From contig OZ244905.1 in assembly GCA_965221695.1 (NCBI GenBank), positions 512,001 to 576,000 of the forward strand: DNA of 64,000 nucleotides, in the 5' to 3' direction. The notes below the pieces were generated by a model. That model did not search any database. It saw only the letters and a list, made by a program, of their open reading frames with translations, and was not told where the DNA came from. Made by a program: the position numbers and the translations under genes. Shown here one piece after another: positions 11,701-19,076 of the stretch. Position 1 is the stretch's first letter. Every line of letters begins with the position of its first letter. Source of the DNA: Gammaproteobacteria bacterium. Its GTDB lineage: Bacteria > Pseudomonadota > Gammaproteobacteria > Eutrophobiales > Eutrophobiaceae.

Positions 11701-12544
11701 GTACAACAAGGTGGACCTTGGCAGCGGCTCAAAAAATGAGATCAGAAACCGTTGGCTGCTGTTCTCAATTGATAACATCAACAGTTTGTATCGCTACAGA
11801 ACCGGGCCCCGAGTAAACACAGGCAACCAGGTTAACCGTTTTCATCCGGGCAATGATTATGCCGACAGCTATCGATGGAACTTTTACTATCTTAAGAATA
11901 GTGGTGACGAAACAAACGCCAGTCATAGAGATGTTGCGCCTCACGGTCTGAAAGAATTACTGGCTGATAAGAGGAGCGCTCTTGATGGAGTAGCCTGGTT
12001 TCCCCGTAACCTGGTTCGGCATACTTCTGAGAAAAATGCGCAGGGCATACCTATGCCTAATGACCTCTCCAAAAAGAAAATAAGTCATTTCTCCAGCCTG
12101 TCACAAGATCAGAAGAAGCGTATTATTAATCTCTTTACCAAGGATCTTCCCGAGCCTTGGCAAGTGCGTCTGCCGTGGATATCATTTGTCAAAGATCCTA
12201 GCCCCTGGAAGGATCATGCGGACACCTGGCATTATCGCACTCGCACCAACATCAAAGTGATCTATGATATGAACGCCTTCTTTGATAATAACCACGGCGC
12301 TTTCAGTGGCAATCCGCCGGATATAACCGGTGGCGATGATAGTTATGAAAACCTGCTGAAACGAGGAATTTATCTGAATCTTATGAGTGATGAGATAAAA
12401 AATCGCCGTTCATTCTTCCAGAAATTGTTGAAAGCGCGGTATATTATCGCGCCTTCCAACAGTATAAATGGCGGTTATCAGGGCGTGCAGGTATATAATC
12501 TGAAAGATTCCGATACTATCATCGCCGAGAGGTTATTTCATTAA
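8714..12544 (+). CDS. Large secreted hypothetical protein (signal peptide, glycine-zipper hydrophobic hairpin, PKD-like motif)
   Basis: 1276-aa uninterrupted ORF; likely start 8738 (MKYKPRS...TASLA signal peptide); VAGAIIGGALGIGIG...LIGASIGASIGKG segment; no family recognised. Confidence 0.8.
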   Translation: MPTKAKCTMKYKPRSFPIILVCIWVFSLLAIPTASLAERQRYMYADGHGIISSYDIRKLDVSYRDVVKINISELFNAKLDSKHASYGIKGRVKNPGKPDAGWMDLKIYAFDQNLGKHIIYHVRLDHDSPDHFSTGTPQTEHIELFDKKKSFKGTEIKELLQSIEHSFTLNKEGFLRHVRESATLRQNEKVISKSTVAGAIIGGALGIGIGTLTAPATAGASFVAMPLIGASIGASIGKGIDLTNNTPTLLDDYVIYTGLDKANIDDLNKNSRIVPVGMYPVLVVLEMKDAWFYGARVPGIPDDALDVDAFLTLSKNPDASQTEHDLTSTFWHKDPGVLDELDKEIISVSEIQSALTSSDYKHPPRVKLTVNPGTPVQASYTYEPGGHIASPPTFIMGDHILLEVIVPTSGKPFQPSNPQHYPKLSGFPFAWLAYFGGEALYQCEPSIQPGEWRPWLGYDSQVHGAAIRSYPKDFDPKFNPWVVDLTSHPKKHVVFRWSAKLTRRMDSSKPAYHSVYTWPKQKTTPVTQRNNQKEGLNMELLRAWKDHTKATDSEPDFTDYNGNRILPGLDPDEFLFLRDSHRKITDSITLSGEPWKTVPDDEAANPLNDIVTAYKKNRTWHVDRLDYRAAYGANYAAANYEIQDLGTSPKAPDGNATGNNTAPGAFTVILPSFVHGEKKIPIKLNVKAPLEHDKGYYGNIEAKIHPASWERGLSYTVTGLHGAEIDRYAVSFIYEDSLGIRRYSSYFLSNEPKKVKQDAIRKGKWLITIPGLLGYGYYTINLWHKNPRYKDSWTRIGGKELLDINLRFLSVPGRTIGGERYPGGADLKESPGDGAYIYVDDYRDKKSDGFMKSKLHRYWRNYVRTYVFETYETSTFEILDADPHTFTHRGTEWYLSARTQAKRITDAELEDRIRFYVDPVDEHGNVEEDYIIEGTGKKFTKSWHYAGTYQLKAVYNGTSSISHRIVVVDPGKRNSTSDKGDISYRKLHYQEIDWLKYNKVDLGSGSKNEIRNRWLLFSIDNINSLYRYRTGPRVNTGNQVNRFHPGNDYADSYRWNFYYLKNSGDETNASHRDVAPHGLKELLADKRSALDGVAWFPRNLVRHTSEKNAQGIPMPNDLSKKKISHFSSLSQDQKKRIINLFTKDLPEPWQVRLPWISFVKDPSPWKDHADTWHYRTRTNIKVIYDMNAFFDNNHGAFSGNPPDITGGDDSYENLLKRGIYLNLMSDEIKNRRSFFQKLLKARYIIAPSNSINGGYQGVQVYNLKDSDTIIAERLFH

Positions 12545-12703
12545 AGAAACTCTGAACAAGTCCATCCTGGACTTGTCAGAGTACGGAAAACAAAAATGCG
12601 ATTTTTGTTTTCCTCACAATATCAATGCCTTACAGTCATTGATATTGACGATACATCCTTGTATCGCAGGAACCTTTGAGAGGCTTAATCAGAGGTTCCT
12701 TAA
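12541..12703 (-). mobile_element. MITE copy 2, flanked by TTAA on both sides
   Basis: Near-identical reverse complement of 63724-63882; TTAA at 12541-12544 and 12700-12703. Confidence 0.88.
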
Positions 12704-13608
12704 AGGAGCTTCATAGGCGGCCTGAAGCGCCGAAAATAATGAGCAGGCAAACCGGCAACGCCAAGCCGGTAAACGAACACATCGCCGGCATAAGGTTCAT
12801 CCGCTAATTGAGATTCGTTCAGCCCTTGTTTTGCCGTGGTGATGAACAGCCAATCATAATCCTTACCGCCGAACGTAACACAGGTAGGCTGGCTGACCGG
12901 CAGATCCAAGATGTAATCAACGGCGCCGTTCGGTGTATAACGCACAACACGCCCGGCGCCCCAATGCGCGCTCCAGAGACATCCTGTGTTATCCACCTCG
13001 GCGCCGTCCGGTTCTGCGCCGTTTTCCGTTTCGGCAAACACGGATCGCTTGCCCGGACTACCGGCAACCGGATCGAACTCATAGCGGTAAATTACCCGGC
13101 GCGCGGAATCGGCAAAATACATGAGCGATGCATCCGGACTCCAGCAAAGTCCGTTGGCAATACCCACGCCACTTACATGCTTACGAGTTTGCAGCTCTTG
13201 GTCGAGACTATATAGACTCCCACCCCGTCCCACAGCAGGGTCGCCCGCCTCCACCATAGTCCCTGCCCAGAAACGGCCCTGGCGATCGACTTTACCATCA
13301 TTAAAACGTGTCCCTGCTGGCATTATGTCCGTACGGCGGATCCGCGCGACCGCCTGCGAAGGATAGTGAAACCAGGCAAAACCACTTTCAAAAGCTACAA
13401 TCAGTGTCGTCTTATCTCCAGTAAAACCGAATGAACACAGACGTTCAGGCGTGGGATAGGAAGACAACCGCGCAGTCGGCAGGTGCATGGAATAAAACAG
13501 GCAGGACTGTATATCGGTCCAACACAAGGTTTCTGTTTCAGTTTGCCACTGCACGCCCTCGCCAAGAATATTTCCCGTTTTGATGATAGTGATGAGTTCT
13601 GATTTCAT
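12700..13608 (-). CDS. SMP-30/gluconolactonase family sugar lactonase
   Basis: LGEG, RFNDGKVDRQGRFWAGTM, NGLCWSPD and PDGAEVD motifs. Confidence 0.92.
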   Translation of the reverse strand: MKSELITIIKTGNILGEGVQWQTETETLCWTDIQSCLFYSMHLPTARLSSYPTPERLCSFGFTGDKTTLIVAFESGFAWFHYPSQAVARIRRTDIMPAGTRFNDGKVDRQGRFWAGTMVEAGDPAVGRGGSLYSLDQELQTRKHVSGVGIANGLCWSPDASLMYFADSARRVIYRYEFDPVAGSPGKRSVFAETENGAEPDGAEVDNTGCLWSAHWGAGRVVRYTPNGAVDYILDLPVSQPTCVTFGGKDYDWLFITTAKQGLNESQLADEPYAGDVFVYRLGVAGLPAHYFRRFRPPMKLL

Positions 13609-13627
13609 CGATATAGCATTTTTTTTA

Positions 13628-13658
13628 TTGACTACTTATAATAATATAAATATTATAA
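13628..13658 (+). promoter_or_regulatory. Sigma70-like promoter overlapped by an inverted-repeat operator
   Basis: TTGACT (13628-13633) N17 TATTAT (13651-13656); TATAATA-N7-TATTATA inverted repeat at 13637-13657, between divergent lactonase and SDR genes. Confidence 0.6.
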
Positions 13659-13698
13659 ATATATCAAAACAATCATCTCATTTTTATAGGCATTTAGC

Positions 13699-14496
13699 AT
13701 GACAATCAACGGTTCAGATATTCCATTTGACAACGGCTCGCCGCTGTATCCAGACCTGTTAGACGTATCGGTATTCATTACTGGTGGTGGTTCCGGGATT
13801 GGCGCAGCGTTTACCCGCGCCTTCGCGTTGCAAGGCGCTAAAGTAGGATTTGTATCGATGCGCACAGGTCCTGCCGGCAAACTTTGTGACGAGATTGAGC
13901 GGGAGACAGATCGGCGTCCGATATTTATCCAATGTGATATTCGCGAGATCGATGCGTTACGCAAGGCAATCTGCAATGTGCGTTCAAAACATGGCCCTAT
14001 ACAGGTGTTGATTAACAATGCTGCCCGCGATACCCGCCACGCAGTTGATAAATTCACCGTAGAAGAATGGGACGATACATTAAACACCAACCTCAGACCG
14101 TATTTTTTTTCAGCACAAGCCATACTCGATGATATGAAAGCGCGCGGCCAGGGAAGTATCATCAATCTTGGATCAAATTGCGCAGAACTGGGCCTTACCG
14201 GTTACCCCGCATATGTTACCGCAAAAGCCGCAATTAAAGGAATGACTAAAGCGTTAGCTCGTGAGTTGGGCGCAGATAACATCCGCATCAACGCGTTGGC
14301 GCCTGGTTGGGTGATAACGGAACGCCAGAAAAAGATGTGGGTTACCGAACAAGCGCTTGAGGAATGCCTTAAGGAACAGTGTCTTAAATCGGTAATCAGC
14401 GAAGAGGATATTGCCAATGTTGCTTTGTTTCTCGCTTCCAATGCCTCGGCGATGATCACCGGACAGACTATTATCGTTGACGGCGGTCGGGTATGA
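13699..14496 (+). CDS. SDR aldose dehydrogenase (D-galactose/D-xylose/L-arabinose 1-dehydrogenase-like)
   Basis: TGGGSGIG, NNAARD, YVTAK and PGWVITERQ motifs; sugar cluster context. Confidence 0.85.
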   Translation: MTINGSDIPFDNGSPLYPDLLDVSVFITGGGSGIGAAFTRAFALQGAKVGFVSMRTGPAGKLCDEIERETDRRPIFIQCDIREIDALRKAICNVRSKHGPIQVLINNAARDTRHAVDKFTVEEWDDTLNTNLRPYFFSAQAILDDMKARGQGSIINLGSNCAELGLTGYPAYVTAKAAIKGMTKALARELGADNIRINALAPGWVITERQKKMWVTEQALEECLKEQCLKSVISEEDIANVALFLASNASAMITGQTIIVDGGRV

Positions 14497-16271
14497 AGAA
14501 AGCCAGACCGCAGCGACTGAGAAGCGCAGATTGGTTCAATAACCCGGCAGACCCGGGCATGACCGCGTTGTATCTGGAACGCTATTTAAACTTCGGGTTA
14601 ACCTTGGAAGAACTACAGTCCGACCGTCCGGTTATAGGTATCGCCCAAACTGGTTCTGATCTCGCGCCATGCAATCGCCATCACCTGGAACTCGCCGTTC
14701 GTATCAAGGAGGGTATTCGAGATGCCGGTGGGATCCCGATGGAATTTCCACTGCACCCCATACAGGAAACCGGCCGCCGGCCGACCGCATCGCTTGATCG
14801 CAACCTGCAGTGTCTGGGCTTGATAGAGGTATTGCATGGCTATCCCCTGGACGGCGTTGTGTTGACCACGGGTTGCGATAAAACGGCCGCCGCCTTGTTG
14901 ATGGGCGCAGCTAGTGTGAATATCCCCGCTATCGGTTTCTCGGTAGGTCCCATGTTGAATGGAAGATACCTTGGAAAATGCGTCGGTTCCGGCGCCGCCA
15001 TTTGGGATGCGCGCCAGAAATTGTCCGATGGGAAAATAGATCATAAGACTTTCCTGGATATAGCGGTCAGTTCTGCACCTTCTGTTGGTCACTGTAATAC
15101 CATGGGCACCGCGTTGACTATGAACTGCTTGATCGAAGCATTGGGTATGGCATTGCCTGGCTCTGCGACAATCCCAGCGCCTTATCGCGAACGTCAGCAA
15201 GCCGCCTACCATACCGGTAAGCGCATTGTGGATATGGTATGGGAGGATTTGACGCCCGGTAAAATTTTAACCAACAGAGCTTTCTACAACGCTATCGTGG
15301 TTTGCGCGGCGATTGGCGGTTCCACCAATGCGCCCATCCATATCAATGCAATAGCCGCTCATGCCGGCATCCGGCTGACGCTGGAGGACTGGCAGGAACA
15401 GGGGCAATCCATCCCACAATTGGTCAACTGCCAACCGGTCGGTGAATATTTATCTGAAGAGTTTCACCAGGCGGGTGGCGTAGCGGCGGTCATTAGCGAT
15501 TTGCTTCAGGCGGGTCTGCTCAATAAAGATGAATTGACGGTCACCGGCAAGACTATTGATGAGAATTACCGCTTAACCGGAATTATCGATCCCGAAGTGA
15601 TCAAAACCGTGTCCAGTCCGGTCAGAGAGGCGGCAGGCTTTACAGTCATGAGCGGAAACCTGTTCGATACGGCAATCATGAAAACAGCGGCCATCAATGA
15701 AGAATTTGCTCATAAATATATATCCACCGATGACCATCCCAATGTTTTTACCGGTGTCGCCGTGGTGTTCGACGGGCCTGAAGATTACCGTCATCGCATC
15801 AACGACCCGACATTAAATATCAATGAAGAAAGCATCCTGGTAATGCGCGGCGCCGGTCCTATCGCTTATCCGGGTTCTGCTGAAGTCGTAAATATGCAAC
15901 CCCCCGATGCATTGATAAAAAAAGGTGTGCTCGCCTTGCCAACCCTGGGTGACGGGCGACAAAGCGGCACCTCTTCGGCGCCATCGATTTTGAATGCATG
16001 TCCGGAGGCCGCTGCCGGCGGCAACATGGCAATTTTGAAAACGGGCGACCGGATTCGTATTGACTGGCTTGGCAGACGGGTCGATGTATTGCTCACAGAG
16101 CAGGAAATCGCTCAACGCAAAGAACATCTGAGATTCGAAATGCCTGAAAATCAAACCTGGTGGCAACAGATTTACCGGGAACGCGTCACTCAGCTCAGTG
16201 AAGGCGCGACTTTCAAAGGCCTGACTTCTTTCCATAATATTCGTGAACACAAGCCACGACACTCACATTGA
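14493..16271 (+). CDS. IlvD/Edd-family sugar-acid dehydratase (probably galactonate/arabinonate)
   Basis: PCNRHH, GCDKT, GHCNTMGTA, GGSTNA and GDGRQSGTS motifs. Confidence 0.9.
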   Translation: MKKARPQRLRSADWFNNPADPGMTALYLERYLNFGLTLEELQSDRPVIGIAQTGSDLAPCNRHHLELAVRIKEGIRDAGGIPMEFPLHPIQETGRRPTASLDRNLQCLGLIEVLHGYPLDGVVLTTGCDKTAAALLMGAASVNIPAIGFSVGPMLNGRYLGKCVGSGAAIWDARQKLSDGKIDHKTFLDIAVSSAPSVGHCNTMGTALTMNCLIEALGMALPGSATIPAPYRERQQAAYHTGKRIVDMVWEDLTPGKILTNRAFYNAIVVCAAIGGSTNAPIHINAIAAHAGIRLTLEDWQEQGQSIPQLVNCQPVGEYLSEEFHQAGGVAAVISDLLQAGLLNKDELTVTGKTIDENYRLTGIIDPEVIKTVSSPVREAAGFTVMSGNLFDTAIMKTAAINEEFAHKYISTDDHPNVFTGVAVVFDGPEDYRHRINDPTLNINEESILVMRGAGPIAYPGSAEVVNMQPPDALIKKGVLALPTLGDGRQSGTSSAPSILNACPEAAAGGNMAILKTGDRIRIDWLGRRVDVLLTEQEIAQRKEHLRFEMPENQTWWQQIYRERVTQLSEGATFKGLTSFHNIREHKPRHSH

Positions 16272-16287
16272 AACAGGGGTGTAACCA

Positions 16288-17478
16288 ATGGTTAAAACAA
16301 TCACAATGAGACCCTGCAAGCAAAAAATACCGGTTCTGATCTCTTTGCCCATTGCGCTGTTATTATCCGGAGTGGACGATACTTCTCTGGCGACGGAAGT
16401 GTCCGCTGAAAAGATATGGCGAGGCGTTGATGTGTCCTATATCAATGAGTTGGAGGACTGTGGCGCCGTATACCGTGTGAACGGACAACGCCGTGATCCG
16501 TATACAATACTTGCAGAGAAAGGCGCCAACGTTGCTCGTTTGCGCCTTTTGCACACCCCGGACTGGACAAGCTACAACACACTGGCGGATGTAACCCGGA
16601 GCGCCCGTCGAGCCAGAGAAAACAACATGAAGATTGTACTGGCTTTTCATTACTCGGATGATTGGGCTGATCCGAACAAGCAACAAATACCCGCGGCCTG
16701 GGAGAAAGCCGAATCGGTCGAGGAAACAGCAACGCTATTATACGATTATACGTATGCCGCCCTGGTAGCATTGGATAAGGAAGATTTACTTCCGGACTAT
16801 GTGCAGGTGGGCAATGAAATCAATTCCGGCATCGCGCATAAAAACCCGCAACTGGATTCATGGGATAAGAATCCGCAACGCAATATCAGATTGTTGAATG
16901 CCGGCATCGCCGCGGTTAAAGCTGTTGTAGTTGCAGTAGACCGCCCGCTGAAAACCATACTTCACATCGCTCAACCGGAAAACATCGAACAGTGGCTGGA
17001 TAATGCGATAAAACTGGGATTGTCGGACTTTGATCTCATCGGCAGCAGCTATTACTCAAAATGGTCAGATGTCCCCTTGCAGAACGTGGAAACCCTGGTG
17101 CGCAAACTGCGGAACAAGTATAACAAGGACATTGTCATTGTAGAGACCGCTTATATCTGGACGCTGGGCTATAACGACAATGCCCACAATATTCTGGGCG
17201 CGGACACACTGGTCAAAGGCTATGATGCCACCCAGGATGGACAACGCCGCTACCTGATCGATTTGCAACGCGCAGCGCTGAATGGCGGCGGCCTGGGAAT
17301 CACCTACTGGGAACCGGCCTGGATTTCCTCGAGTTGCCAGACCCGTTGGGGGTGGGGTCCCGGATCGCATTGGGAAAATGCCGCGTTGTTTGATTTTAAG
17401 AATTCGGAATTGCACAAAGGCGCTGATTTTCTCAGTCACGACTTCTCAACCACATCCAGGAATAAATCCGAACAATAG
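16288..17478 (+). CDS. GH53 endo-1,4-beta-galactanase, exported
   Basis: GVDVSY, FHYSDDWADP, VQVGNE (acid/base), IVETAY (nucleophile), YWEPAW and WENAALFDF motifs; signal peptide. Confidence 0.92.
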   Translation: MVKTITMRPCKQKIPVLISLPIALLLSGVDDTSLATEVSAEKIWRGVDVSYINELEDCGAVYRVNGQRRDPYTILAEKGANVARLRLLHTPDWTSYNTLADVTRSARRARENNMKIVLAFHYSDDWADPNKQQIPAAWEKAESVEETATLLYDYTYAALVALDKEDLLPDYVQVGNEINSGIAHKNPQLDSWDKNPQRNIRLLNAGIAAVKAVVVAVDRPLKTILHIAQPENIEQWLDNAIKLGLSDFDLIGSSYYSKWSDVPLQNVETLVRKLRNKYNKDIVIVETAYIWTLGYNDNAHNILGADTLVKGYDATQDGQRRYLIDLQRAALNGGGLGITYWEPAWISSSCQTRWGWGPGSHWENAALFDFKNSELHKGADFLSHDFSTTSRNKSEQ

Positions 17479-17507
17479 GGCAACCCGAAGATTTGGGAGA
17501 ATGTCTT

Positions 17508-19076
17508 GTGGAACTGACCTCTATTGATCTGTTTATCATTATCGCTTACGCCATTGGTATCATCAGCCTGGCTACCTGGGTTTCACGCGAAGAGCGAGGA
17601 CATCAGAAAAACAGCACAGATTATTTTCTCGCCGGTAAAGCGCTGCCCTGGTGGGCGATCGGCGCTTCGCTGATCGCCGCCAATATCTCTGCTGAGCAAA
17701 TCATCGGCATGTCCGGTTCCGGTTACGCGTTGGGCCTGGCCATCGCCTCCTATGAATGGATGTCGGCCATTACCATCATCATCGTCGGCAAATACTTTGT
17801 GCCTATTTTTCTCAAACACAACATCTATACGATGCCGCAATTTCTGGAACAACGCTATGACCACCGTGTGCGAATGGTGCTTGCGGTTTTTTGGCTGGGA
17901 GTTTATGTTTTTGTCAACCTGACTTCTATACTCTGGCTGGGCACACTGGCCATCAATGCCATTACCGGGCTGAATTATTTTTATGGCTTGCTGCTGCTGG
18001 GTGCGCTGGCGCTGGCCTATTCCCTGTACGGTGGTCTGAAGGCGGTTGCATTTACCGATATCATCCAGGTTATCCTGCTGGTATTCGGCGGGTTGATGAT
18101 CTCTTGGCTGTCGCTCACCGCGATTGGCCAGGGAGAAGGTATTGTCGCCGGCTTTCGGCAACTCGTTGCCGCGGCGCCTGAAAAGTTCGACCTGATATTG
18201 AGTCCGGATAATCCGCACTACATCAGCTTGCCCGGCATCTCGGCGCTGGTCGGCGGGATGTGGATCATGAACCTGTCTTATTGGGGATTTAACCAGTACA
18301 TTATTCAACGGGCGCTGGCGGCGCGCAGTCTGCGCGAAGCGCAACGGGGTATTGTGTTCGCGGCCTTCCTGAAACTGCTCATGCCTATCCTGGTGGTCTT
18401 GCCCGGTATTGCCGCGGTGATACTGGCGCCCGATTTGACGGCGCCGGACCAGGCTTATCCGGAAATGATGAAACTGGCGCCGAACGGTTTGCGCGGGTTG
18501 GTTTTTGCCGCGCTGATCGCAGCCATTCTGTCCTCCATCGGCTCCATGATGAACAGCATTTCCACCATATCAACGCTGGACATCTATCGCCACTTGCAAC
18601 CTAATACTGACGAACGGCGCCTGGTCATCATCGGACGTATCATCGGGGTAACAGCGCTGGCATTGGCCATCGTCTGCGCCGAACCACTATTGGGCAATTT
18701 CGAACAGGCATTTCAGTATATCCAGGAATTCACCGGTTTTTTTACGCCTGGAATCGTGGTGATCTTTTTGCTGGGAATGTTCTGGCGCAGAATGACAGCG
18801 GCGGGCGCCCTCGCCGCAGCCATCAGTTCCGCAGTCTTCTCTTTCCTGTTGAAAATGATCTGGCCCGGCTTGCCGTTTCTTGACCGGGTGGGGCTGGTAT
18901 TTCTTCTGTGCGCTGGCGTTGCGGCATTACTGTCGCTTTATTATTGCGCTGAAGAACGTGAACAGGGCGTTGCTATCGATCATGGCGCGATCAATTACCG
19001 CACCACAACAGGGTTCAATATCGCCTCTATTGGCGTCATTCTGATCCTCGCTGCGCTGTATGCCACCTGGTGGTAG
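17508..19076 (+). CDS. Sodium:galactose/glucose symporter (SSS family, SGLT-like)
   Basis: YFLAGKALPWWAIGASLIAANISAEQ and WGFNQYIIQRAL motifs; GTG start at 17508 after a GGAGA RBS. Confidence 0.93.
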   Translation: MELTSIDLFIIIAYAIGIISLATWVSREERGHQKNSTDYFLAGKALPWWAIGASLIAANISAEQIIGMSGSGYALGLAIASYEWMSAITIIIVGKYFVPIFLKHNIYTMPQFLEQRYDHRVRMVLAVFWLGVYVFVNLTSILWLGTLAINAITGLNYFYGLLLLGALALAYSLYGGLKAVAFTDIIQVILLVFGGLMISWLSLTAIGQGEGIVAGFRQLVAAAPEKFDLILSPDNPHYISLPGISALVGGMWIMNLSYWGFNQYIIQRALAARSLREAQRGIVFAAFLKLLMPILVVLPGIAAVILAPDLTAPDQAYPEMMKLAPNGLRGLVFAALIAAILSSIGSMMNSISTISTLDIYRHLQPNTDERRLVIIGRIIGVTALALAIVCAEPLLGNFEQAFQYIQEFTGFFTPGIVVIFLLGMFWRRMTAAGALAAAISSAVFSFLLKMIWPGLPFLDRVGLVFLLCAGVAALLSLYYCAEEREQGVAIDHGAINYRTTTGFNIASIGVILILAALYATWW

